DNA of 34,730 nucleotides from the NCBI GenBank assembly GCA_046542505.1, contig JBKHBH010000013.1:1-34730 (forward strand). The letters run 5' to 3'. Positions within the stretch are counted from its first letter, which is position 1. Each line of letters starts with the position of its first letter. Below, in pieces: positions 7,859 through 16,031 of this stretch. Origin of the DNA: Thermovirgaceae bacterium (GTDB lineage: Bacteria; Synergistota; Synergistia; Synergistales; Thermovirgaceae). Under the pieces are notes generated by a model. The model did no database searches, had not been told where the DNA came from, and saw only the letters and a program-made list of their open reading frames with translations. Made by a program: the position numbers and the translations under genes.

Positions 7859-8411
7859 TGAAGCCTTCGATTCGAAAGCGGGGACCCGGGTCGGGTCCCC
7901 GCTTTTTTTATGGGGTGGGCCGCCCCTTTTCAGGGGAACCCGGAAAAGGGGCGGTTCTTTTGTGGAATTACTGGTTTGCCTGCTTTTGTGGATGGTCCTC
8001 GCAGGGGCAATTCTCGGGGCCTGCCTCGCGTCATACATGGAAGAACAAAAAAACCGGATCGCACTGCAAGAGGGGGAGTACATTGCCCGCTGGATACAAA
8101 GAAATCTGATCAGGGCCTGTATCGAAAGAAAAGCCTTCGAAATAAAATATTACAGCGGTCGGAGAGATTTCGTGAAAATCCAGTGGTACAGTCCGCCCGA
8201 GCAGGAAAATTACAGGACCGGCGGGAAGTGCTGGATCCAGTTTGACACGAAAGGCCCTGTGAGACCGAGATATTCTCCCGCCTGGCACACCATGACGCCG
8301 GCGGTGACGCTAAAGATTTACGTCAGCGACGATATATATGACCCTCAAGGGCCTGTGGCGAAAATCACCGTTTCAGGCTATTGCCTGGTTACTTTTCGAG
8401 AGATCGGATAG
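7842..8411 (+). CDS. Type IV minor pilin/pseudopilin-like protein (ComGD/FimT/GspH-like); start uncertain
   Basis: RKRG-GSFVELLVCLLLWMVLAGAILG: basic leader, Glu at +5, hydrophobic helix, then an amphipathic helix and a beta-rich tail. Candidate starts are ATG 7842 and GTG 7962. Confidence 0.6.
   Translation: MKQRGDEAFDSKAGTRVGSPLFLWGGPPLFRGTRKRGGSFVELLVCLLLWMVLAGAILGACLASYMEEQKNRIALQEGEYIARWIQRNLIRACIERKAFEIKYYSGRRDFVKIQWYSPPEQENYRTGGKCWIQFDTKGPVRPRYSPAWHTMTPAVTLKIYVSDDIYDPQGPVAKITVSGYCLVTFREIG
7875..7909 (+). terminator. Rho-independent terminator after iorB
   Basis: Stem aaagcggggacccg/cgggtccccgcttt followed by a T run. Confidence 0.9.
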
Positions 8412-8553
8412 GGCCTTGTCTTGAAAAAGACGCAGACAGCGGGTATAACTGGGATCAGCCCTGTCAGTCCGCAGCACGTCAAAATATGTCCCGTCCCTGC
8501 CCTTTCCTTGATAAATGGAAAAGCCGGGTCACGAGGACCGGGAGGCTATGTGT

Positions 8554-9066
8554 ATGCCCGTCAAGCCTTGGTGGAGAGAAACACTGGAAACAATTCTTTG
8601 GGCCCTCGTTTTGGCCCTTGTTCTGAGAACCTTTGTGGTCCAGGCTTTCTGGATTCCCAGCGGTTCCATGATCCCGACTTTGCTCCCCGGGGATCGTGTG
8701 CTGGTGGCGAAATTCTGGTATTCATTCACGGAGCCCAAGCGTGGGCAGATCATTGTTTTCGAGTATCCCGTCGATCCGAAACGGGATTTTGTCAAAAGAG
8801 TTGTCGGCCTGCCGGGGGAGATGGTGGACATTCGGGACGGAGTCGTTCATGTCGACGGCAATCCTCTTTCCGAACCCTACGTGCAATACCATGATTCATA
8901 CGATATGGAAGCGACCCGGATCCCCGAGGGGGAATACTTCGTCATGGGGGACAATCGGCCCAACTCACAGGACAGCCGTTTCTGGGGTTTTGTCCCTGAA
9001 GGAAACATCAAGGGTCCCGCCTTCTTCCGGTATTGGCCGCTGACACGGGTCGGAGGTCTCTACTGA
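8554..9066 (+). CDS. lepB: Signal peptidase I
   Basis: IPSGSMIPTL (catalytic Ser), FVKRVVG (catalytic Lys) and GDNRPNSQDSR; RBS ggagg 8 nt before ATG 8554. Confidence 0.96.
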   Translation: MPVKPWWRETLETILWALVLALVLRTFVVQAFWIPSGSMIPTLLPGDRVLVAKFWYSFTEPKRGQIIVFEYPVDPKRDFVKRVVGLPGEMVDIRDGVVHVDGNPLSEPYVQYHDSYDMEATRIPEGEYFVMGDNRPNSQDSRFWGFVPEGNIKGPAFFRYWPLTRVGGLY

Positions 9067-9067
9067 C

Positions 9068-9907
9068 ATGGCGCGAACCGTCTGGTATCCAGGCCACATG
9101 GCGAAAGGTCTCAGGCAGCTCAAAGACCTCCTCCAAAAGCTTGACGTTATTGTAGAGGTCCGTGATGCTAGGGCTCCGGAGGCGACGGCATCGCCTTTCT
9201 CGAAACAGGCCGAAAAAGTGAAGCCACTCTGGATCGTTCTTTCAAAAAGGGATCTTGCCGATGAAAAGGTGACGCGCCGGTGGGTCCGTTTCTACCGGGA
9301 CCAGGGAAAAACCGCCTGGGCCTTTGATCTCAGGAGTACGCAGCTTAAACCGCTGCTTTCGGAGGTCGGGAAGGAAAAGCCTTCCCACAGGGATCTCCGC
9401 CTTGCGGTGATTGGTATCCCGAATGTCGGCAAATCCATGTTTCTCAACCTGGTTATCGGGAAAAAGGCGGCTTCCGTGGGAGCAGTCCCGGGTGTCACGA
9501 AAGGCGTCTCCTGGTATCGTGGCCGTGGCTTTCTCGTTGTCGATTCTCCAGGAATTGTGGATCCCAAATCCGATGCGGCGGTTCATCGTCTTTTGGCGTG
9601 GCTTGCCGGGTCTCGTTCTGACGTCATCGGTGGCTATGAATCGGTGGCCCTGGATTTTATCACCTATGCGCAGGAGCGACGCCTCTGGGAAAAGACGCTG
9701 GGGTCCTGGGACATTGCAGGGCCTGGACTCCCGCCGGCTGATGTTCTCGTCAATGTCGGGAAACGCTTGGGGTGCCTCGTCAAGGGAGGCAGAGTGGACC
9801 TCGAGAGAGCCGGAAAAATGCTGCTCGATTCCTTTGCGACAGGGAAACTTGGCAGAGTCAGCCTTGAAACGCCCGAAACGGCGGCCTTTCAGGATGTGAA
9901 ACGATGA
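9068..9907 (+). CDS. rbgA: Ribosome biogenesis GTPase RbgA (YlqF)
   Basis: WYPGHMAK, EVRDARAP, GIPNVGKS and DSPG in circularly permuted order. Confidence 0.95.
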   Translation: MARTVWYPGHMAKGLRQLKDLLQKLDVIVEVRDARAPEATASPFSKQAEKVKPLWIVLSKRDLADEKVTRRWVRFYRDQGKTAWAFDLRSTQLKPLLSEVGKEKPSHRDLRLAVIGIPNVGKSMFLNLVIGKKAASVGAVPGVTKGVSWYRGRGFLVVDSPGIVDPKSDAAVHRLLAWLAGSRSDVIGGYESVALDFITYAQERRLWEKTLGSWDIAGPGLPPADVLVNVGKRLGCLVKGGRVDLERAGKMLLDSFATGKLGRVSLETPETAAFQDVKR

Positions 9908-10476
9908 TCATTGCAGGAGTGGACGAAGCCGGTCGCGGCCCCCTGGCGGGACCCGTCGTTGCAGCTGCGGTGGTATTGTCCAGAAGGGAGCGGGAGCGCC
10001 TGGTCGCGATGGGGCTTCGGGATTCCAAGAAAATAACGGCCAGAAGGCGGGAGCGCATCTTCGCGGTCATGCTGGAAATGGGCGTATCCTGGAGGGCGCA
10101 GGCGGCTTCCGCCGGCAGGATAGACAGGGACAATATTCTTCGCGCCGCCCTCTGGGCCATGGGAAAGACCGTGGCAGCCCTTCCCGTGAGGCCTGATCTG
10201 GTGATCGTTGACGGGAACACGCCCTTTCCCTGTGAAGGCCTGTGCCAGAAGACACTGAACGGTGCCGATGGAATCGTTCCCGCCGTGGAGGCCGCGTCGG
10301 TGGTAGCAAAGGTCCTGAGGGACAGGGCCATGATAGTGCTCGCGAAACGATACCCTGAATATGGATTCGAACGGAACAAGGGGTATCCGTCGAAAGAGCA
10401 CAGGCAGATCCTGCGGAAGATCGGCCCATGCCCGCTTCACAGGCGGACGTTCAGGCCCTGCATCGACCGCGGGTGA
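9904..10476 (+). CDS. rnhB: Ribonuclease HII
   Basis: GVDEAGRGPLAGPV, DSKK, AASVVAKV and KGYP...HRRTF. Confidence 0.96.
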   Translation: MIIAGVDEAGRGPLAGPVVAAAVVLSRRERERLVAMGLRDSKKITARRRERIFAVMLEMGVSWRAQAASAGRIDRDNILRAALWAMGKTVAALPVRPDLVIVDGNTPFPCEGLCQKTLNGADGIVPAVEAASVVAKVLRDRAMIVLAKRYPEYGFERNKGYPSKEHRQILRKIGPCPLHRRTFRPCIDRG

Positions 10477-10540
10477 CCCTCTCCGAAAACTCATAGCGAA
10501 GGCAAGGCAAAAAGAATACGAAACATGGAAGGGAGTCGCG

Positions 10541-10912
10541 ATGACACGGCATCTTGACCTTGGCATTGCCGGTGAGGACCTGGCCCGGAGAGTTCTTGAA
10601 CAAGCCGGGTATAGAATCCTTGAGCGGAATGTGCGTTTGCGGTCGGGCGAGCTTGACTTGGTAGCTCTGGATAAAGATGAACTGGTCGTCGTTGAAGTCC
10701 GGACCCGGAGCATCGGCAAAATGGCTCCCCCGGAGACGACGGTGGGGCCGAGAAAGCTCTTGAAACTGGTACGCACAGGCCGTTGGTACGTCCAGCGGAG
10801 CGGCTGGGAAGGCCCCTGGCGGATAGACGTGGTTGCTGTCACGGTAGGACCTGGCAAAGAACCGGAAGTCGAGGTGTTCCGTGACGTCACGGTGGGGTTG
10901 ATCGGGCTGTGA
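10541..10912 (+). CDS. yraN: YraN family nuclease (UPF0102)
   Basis: LGIAGEDLA...GYRILERN...GELDLVA...VEVRTR...RIDVVAV; ATG 10541 with RBS ggag. Confidence 0.92.
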   Translation: MTRHLDLGIAGEDLARRVLEQAGYRILERNVRLRSGELDLVALDKDELVVVEVRTRSIGKMAPPETTVGPRKLLKLVRTGRWYVQRSGWEGPWRIDVVAVTVGPGKEPEVEVFRDVTVGLIGL

Positions 10913-12417
10913 GCGCCTTCGGTGTGACCCTCCAGGGAATAGAAGCCAAAAAGGTGGAGGTGGAGGTCGAGATTACAGGCGGGCTTTTCTCCATTTCCGT
11001 GGTCGGGTTGCCTGACGCGTCCGTCAGGGAAGCCCGGGAAAGGGTGCGTGCAGCACTCAGAGTGGCCGGTATGCCCGTACGGGGCCGTGTCGCCGTGAAC
11101 CTGGCGCCGGCTGATCTTCCCAAGGAAGGGGCGCTGCTTGATCTGCCCATGGCCCTTGGCATTGCTCGGGCAATGGGAGAGATTCCTCCCGTTGAGGACT
11201 TCCTCTGCATGGGAGAGCTGGCCCTGGACGGCCGGATCCGGCGAGTGAGAGGGGCGGTGCCGGCGGCTCTTTTGGCAAAGAAGACGGGTTTGCCGATTTT
11301 CGTCCCAGAGGCCAACGCCCGGGAAGTCTCGCTGGTTCCCGGCGTCAGGGCCTACGCGGTTTCGTCTCTCGAACGCCTTTTCGCCCATCTGAGGGGCGAA
11401 AAGACCCTGGAGCCTGTCGTCGGGGGTTTCCCGAAAGATGTAGAAATAGAGGCGGAGCCCGATCTGGCTGACATCAAGGGACAGGCACAGGCGAAACGGG
11501 CCCTGGAGATTGCCGCGGCAGGAGGTCACAACGTCATCTTTGTCGGCTCGCCCGGATCCGGCAAGACCATGCTCGCCAGGGCCCTAAGGGGTCTTTTGCC
11601 GCCCCTTTCCGATGAGGAGGTCATGGAAACCCTCCTCGTCAGGAGCACCGTGGGACTTCCTCCGGTAAAGGGCCGCACGAGGCCTTTCCGGACCATCCAT
11701 CACACGGCTACCACGGTGTCCGTCTGCGGGGGCGGAACCACCCTCAAGCCCGGCGAGGTGAGCCTCGCCCACCGGGGAGTCCTGTTTCTCGATGAATTCA
11801 CGGAATTCAGGAGAGATCTCCTGGAAGCTCTCCGTCAACCTTTGGAAGACGGAAGAATCGTGGTAAGCAGGGCGTCGGGCAGCGTAATCTACCCTGCCCG
11901 GGTCCTCCTCGTCGCGGCGTGCAATCCCTGCCCGTGCGGGTATTTTGGTGATCCAGTCGTTCCCTGCAGGTGTTCGGCAAGGGCGGTGGAACGATATCAG
12001 CGAAAGCTTTCGGGGCCGATTATAGACAGGCTTGACCTGTATGTCAGCGTTCCCCGGCTGACCCCCGAGGAACTCGTCCAGTTCGGGGCAAGCCCCTCAG
12101 AGTCCAGTTTTCTGGTGAGGGAACGGGTTACTTCCACCCGGAGTCTCCAGCAGGAACGGTGGAAATCCTTCGGATTTGCATGCAACGCGGAAATCCCGGA
12201 AAAAGTTCTTAAAAAACACATCGCATTGTCCACGGCAAGCCGCAAATTCCTTCAGGAGGCGGCAGGACGGCTCAGGCTTTCGGGAAGAGGTCTTTCGAGG
12301 GTTCTGAAGGTTGCGCGAACCATCGCGGATCTGGGGCATGAGGAGCAGATCCTTCCCGTCCATCTCTCGGAAGCCCTGGCATATCGTGAGGGGGCGAATA
12401 TGCCGTGGACAGGCTGA
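10909..12417 (+). CDS. comM: YifB/ComM Mg-chelatase-like AAA+ ATPase
   Basis: VGLPDASVREARERV, VNLAPADLPKEG, GSPGSGKT, GEVSLAHRGVLFLDE and NPCPCG. Confidence 0.95.
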   Translation: MSAFGVTLQGIEAKKVEVEVEITGGLFSISVVGLPDASVREARERVRAALRVAGMPVRGRVAVNLAPADLPKEGALLDLPMALGIARAMGEIPPVEDFLCMGELALDGRIRRVRGAVPAALLAKKTGLPIFVPEANAREVSLVPGVRAYAVSSLERLFAHLRGEKTLEPVVGGFPKDVEIEAEPDLADIKGQAQAKRALEIAAAGGHNVIFVGSPGSGKTMLARALRGLLPPLSDEEVMETLLVRSTVGLPPVKGRTRPFRTIHHTATTVSVCGGGTTLKPGEVSLAHRGVLFLDEFTEFRRDLLEALRQPLEDGRIVVSRASGSVIYPARVLLVAACNPCPCGYFGDPVVPCRCSARAVERYQRKLSGPIIDRLDLYVSVPRLTPEELVQFGASPSESSFLVRERVTSTRSLQQERWKSFGFACNAEIPEKVLKKHIALSTASRKFLQEAAGRLRLSGRGLSRVLKVARTIADLGHEEQILPVHLSEALAYREGANMPWTG

Positions 12418-13520
12418 ATTCCCTCGTCCTTTTAAATGGAGTCATGAGCCGGGAGATCATTACGGCCTGTATTGAAGTGAATCTTCCGCCTGAGGAAATC
12501 GCCACCGGGGGCCCTTTGCTCTGGAGGAAACTCGGCTGCTCTGAAAAAGTCGTATCTCTCCTCAATGAAAGGTTAAAGAAGGACTGGGCGCAAAAAGAAG
12601 CGGAACGATGCTGGACGCAGGGGATTGCCCTGATCCCATGGGGGTCAAAGGAATACCCGCAGGGTTTGAACCGGCTTGTGGATCCCCCGTTGGTCCTCTA
12701 CAAAAAGGGGGCCTCTTCCTGCTCGGAGGGAGTGGGCATCGTCGGAACGAGACGTTGCAGCCCTTACGGCCGGGGTGTCGCAAGGGAACTCGCCGGCCGG
12801 TTGAGCCTTTGCGGGAGGAGGGTGATCAGCGGGGGTGCGAAGGGCATTGACACGGCGGCTCATGTGGGATGTCTCGATGCGGGCGGGAAAACCCTGGCAG
12901 TTTTGGGGACGGGTATCGACAAGGTCTACCCCGCGGGCAACCGTGCTCTTTTTGAGAGGATTACGGAACATGGAGCCCTCCTGTCTGAATTCCCGTTGGG
13001 ATTCCCGGCGAGAAACTGGACCTTTCCCAGACGCAACCGCATCATCGCGGTTATGTCTTTACCACTTGTCGTCGTGGAGGCGCCGGCAAGAAGCGGGGCC
13101 ATCATAACGGCCCGCCTCGCCCTGGAAGCTGGGCGGGATGTGTGGTCCGTTCCCGGCAGAATAACGGAAACAATTTGTGCCGGATCCAACGGGCTCATAT
13201 CGGACGGTGCCTACCCTCTTGTGGAGATGGACGAATTCCTTCGGCATGTGACCGGAAGCCAGGGCGAGCTCGATTTCTGGGATGCGGGAAAAATGGTTGG
13301 AATAAGAGAGGAAACCGCAACGCCCCTTTCTGAAGAAGAGGAAAAGGTGTATTGTCTCCTTCGGGAAATCGGCGGATGTACGGTTGACAACATTGCGGCC
13401 CGCGCTAAAATGAGCGCCACTGATGTCCTGAGGATTCTCGGTATTCTCTCTGTAGAGGGGTTTGTCGCAAACGATGGCCCGGGGAGATGGAGCGCAACAA
13501 CAGGCCGCAGGGACACATGA
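12405..13520 (+). CDS. dprA: DNA-processing protein DprA
   Basis: IVGTRRCSPYG, ISGGAKGIDTAAH, FPRRNRII and SGAIITA, with a C-terminal winged-helix-like tail. Confidence 0.95.
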   Translation: MDRLNSLVLLNGVMSREIITACIEVNLPPEEIATGGPLLWRKLGCSEKVVSLLNERLKKDWAQKEAERCWTQGIALIPWGSKEYPQGLNRLVDPPLVLYKKGASSCSEGVGIVGTRRCSPYGRGVARELAGRLSLCGRRVISGGAKGIDTAAHVGCLDAGGKTLAVLGTGIDKVYPAGNRALFERITEHGALLSEFPLGFPARNWTFPRRNRIIAVMSLPLVVVEAPARSGAIITARLALEAGRDVWSVPGRITETICAGSNGLISDGAYPLVEMDEFLRHVTGSQGELDFWDAGKMVGIREETATPLSEEEEKVYCLLREIGGCTVDNIAARAKMSATDVLRILGILSVEGFVANDGPGRWSATTGRRDT

Positions 13521-13554
13521 AGGCGGCATGGAAAGAATTGAAGGAGGCATGATC

Positions 13555-13824
13555 ATGCCTGTTCGGTATATACCTGAATACGAACGGAAATACCTGACGG
13601 AGGAAGCCCTGGCGCTGGCCTACTCTATGTGCGCAAGCGGCGGCCTTTCGCCGGCTATCATGGAACAGACAATGACCGAGGCGGTCAAGTTCGGCCAGTC
13701 CGGCGGGCAGCCGGTGGATGCCGGACTTTTCGAGGCACTGCTTTGGGCGGTCTGCGACAATGACCTGAAGCAGAATGCCGGCAGGGAACTTTTCGACGAC
13801 GTGACGTCATCGTCCGTTTCGTGA
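13555..13824 (+). CDS. Small protein resembling the C-terminal half of Smg/DUF494
   Basis: RBS aaggagg 7 nt before ATG 13555; RYIPEYERKYLTEEALAL...GGLSPAIMEQTM resembles the Smg R-x4-E-x3-L...G-x-L-x4/5-E pattern; lies between dprA and topA. Confidence 0.55.
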   Translation: MPVRYIPEYERKYLTEEALALAYSMCASGGLSPAIMEQTMTEAVKFGQSGGQPVDAGLFEALLWAVCDNDLKQNAGRELFDDVTSSSVS

Positions 13825-13838
13825 CGGAGAGTTTCTCT

Positions 13839-16031
13839 ATGGCTACGAAGGCTACGAAAAGCACGACGAAAAAAAATACCGGGAAAAAAACGAAAAAGAC
13901 GAAAAAAACCGCAAAAAAAGGTAATTCCGCCAAAACTCTGGTTATCGTCGAATCACCGTCGAAGGCGAAGACCCTCAAGAAACTCCTTGGAAGAGAGTAT
14001 GACGTTCAGGCCAGCGTGGGGCACATAAAGGATCTTCCGAAAAGTCGGCTTGCCATAGATATCGAAAACGATTTTTCTCCCGAGTATATCCTCATCAGGG
14101 GAAAGGGAAAAACAGCAGCGGACCTCCGGAAACGGGCCGCGGAAAGCCAGCGTGTCATCCTGGCATCGGACCCGGACCGGGAAGGTGAAGCCATCGCCTG
14201 GCATCTTGCGGATGTTCTCGATATGGACCCGGAAACCCAGTGCAGGGTCCGGATGTACGAGATTACCCCCCAGGGGGTGGAAGAGGCGTTCCGGGAAATT
14301 ACCGGCGTCGATATGGACAAGGTTGATGCCCAGCAGGCCAGGAGAGTCCTCGACAGACTGGTGGGCTACAAGTTGAGTCCCCTGCTGTGGCGAAAGATCA
14401 GGCGGGGTCTTTCCGCCGGTCGAGTACAGTCCGCGGCGCTCCGGATCATCTGCGCCAGGGAAGACGAGATTGACGCTTTCGAGCCTCAGGAATACTGGAA
14501 TCTTGGTGTTTCCGCCGAAACGGAGGATGGAAGGGCCTACAACCTCAGGGTGGACAAGCGTAACGGCAAATCCCTGATAAAAGAGGGGAAGACCCTTCTG
14601 ATCTCCAGCGAGGAAGAAGCCCGTGAGATCGAGCGGGAAATACGTTCCAATCCCCTTGTGGTCGTCGATTTTACGGCGAAAGACGGCAGCAGGAAATCCC
14701 CACCGCCCTTCAAGACGAGCTCCCTGCAGCAGGAGGCGGCACGGAGGCTCAACTTTGCACCTAGACGGACCATGTCCGTGGCCCAGAGCCTGTATGAAGG
14801 GGTAACCCTTCCAGGCCGAGGCACCATAGGGCTCATTACCTACATGAGGACCGACAGCCTGCGCCTGGCGCCGGTGGCCGTCAACAAGGCGAGGGATCTG
14901 ATCCGTTCGAGGTGGGGAGACAAATACGTTCCTGACAAGCCAAGATTCTTTGAGGGCAAGTCGAGATCCCAGGATGCCCATGAGGCTATAAGGCCCACCG
15001 ATGTCTCGATTTCTCCCGATGACGTCAAGGACCATCTCACCCGAGACCAGTTCAGGCTTTACGAGCTTGTCTGGAAGCGTTTCGTGGCCTGCCAGATGAA
15101 TAATGCAACCATCGCCAGAACAACAGTGGAAGCCGCTGCCGGAAGTATCGGGATGCGCCAGTCCGGGGCGACCGTACGCTTCGAAGGGTGGGGGGCTGTC
15201 TGGCCCCTGGACATGAAGGAGGAGGCCCTCTCCGAAGTCCGGAAAAAAGAGACCCTCAAGGTGACGGATATCCAGAAGGAGCAGCGGTTTACCCGTCCGC
15301 CGGCGAGATACAACGAGGGGAGCCTTATCAAAGTCCTTGAAGATGAAGGAGTCGGGCGGCCGTCAACCTATGCGGCCATCGTGCAGACCCTTTACGATCG
15401 CCGGTACGTGGCGCGTGACGAGGAAAAGCGCATGAAGCCAACGCCTCTGGGCCGGACCGTCGATGGTTTTTTGAAGGAACATTTTCCTCACATCGTGGAT
15501 GTGGCCTTTACAGCAGGAATGGAAGAAGAACTTGACGAAGTTGAAAACTCCAGGCGCCGGTGGGTGAATGTGGTCCGGGATTTTTGGGATGATTTCGCCT
15601 CGACGCTTTCGGAAGCAGACCAGAACGCCGAAAGGGTTCCGCCGCCTCCACCGGAACCCATAGGCGAGGACTGTCCTCTCTGCGGAAGACCCCTGGTAAA
15701 AAGATGGGGGCGCTTCGGCGAATTCATAGGCTGCTCGGGGTATTCCGATCCGGAGAACAAGTGCACATACACGCGTCCCATCGTAGATTCCCTGGGGATA
15801 ACCTGTCCCAAATGCAAAAAGGGCGAAGTGGTCCGCAGGAAGGGGAAGAAGGGACGGCCCTTCTACGGCTGTTCGCGGTATCCGGAATGCGACTTCATCT
15901 CCTGGCAGCAGCCGACGGGGGAGACATGTCCTGAATGCGGCGGCGTGGTGGTCATCAAGGGGAGGAAGAAGGAACACGTCTGCAGTTCCTGCGGAAGGAA
16001 AATACGCAAGAAGGATGACGGCGATGAATGA
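13839..16031 (+). CDS. topA: DNA topoisomerase I (type IA)
   Basis: LVIVESPSKAKT, DPDREGEAI, SAGRVQS, catalytic ITYMRTDS and C-terminal Zn ribbons; ATG 13839 with RBS ggaga. Confidence 0.97.
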   Translation: MATKATKSTTKKNTGKKTKKTKKTAKKGNSAKTLVIVESPSKAKTLKKLLGREYDVQASVGHIKDLPKSRLAIDIENDFSPEYILIRGKGKTAADLRKRAAESQRVILASDPDREGEAIAWHLADVLDMDPETQCRVRMYEITPQGVEEAFREITGVDMDKVDAQQARRVLDRLVGYKLSPLLWRKIRRGLSAGRVQSAALRIICAREDEIDAFEPQEYWNLGVSAETEDGRAYNLRVDKRNGKSLIKEGKTLLISSEEEAREIEREIRSNPLVVVDFTAKDGSRKSPPPFKTSSLQQEAARRLNFAPRRTMSVAQSLYEGVTLPGRGTIGLITYMRTDSLRLAPVAVNKARDLIRSRWGDKYVPDKPRFFEGKSRSQDAHEAIRPTDVSISPDDVKDHLTRDQFRLYELVWKRFVACQMNNATIARTTVEAAAGSIGMRQSGATVRFEGWGAVWPLDMKEEALSEVRKKETLKVTDIQKEQRFTRPPARYNEGSLIKVLEDEGVGRPSTYAAIVQTLYDRRYVARDEEKRMKPTPLGRTVDGFLKEHFPHIVDVAFTAGMEEELDEVENSRRRWVNVVRDFWDDFASTLSEADQNAERVPPPPPEPIGEDCPLCGRPLVKRWGRFGEFIGCSGYSDPENKCTYTRPIVDSLGITCPKCKKGEVVRRKGKKGRPFYGCSRYPECDFISWQQPTGETCPECGGVVVIKGRKKEHVCSSCGRKIRKKDDGDE

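Noticed and set aside
9889..11529. Long antisense ORFs (also 2778-3860, 6147-7265, 13953-15035, 15363-16580, 18863-19840)
   Set aside because: They overlap well-supported plus-strand genes, carry no motifs and are typical shadows in GC-rich coding DNA.
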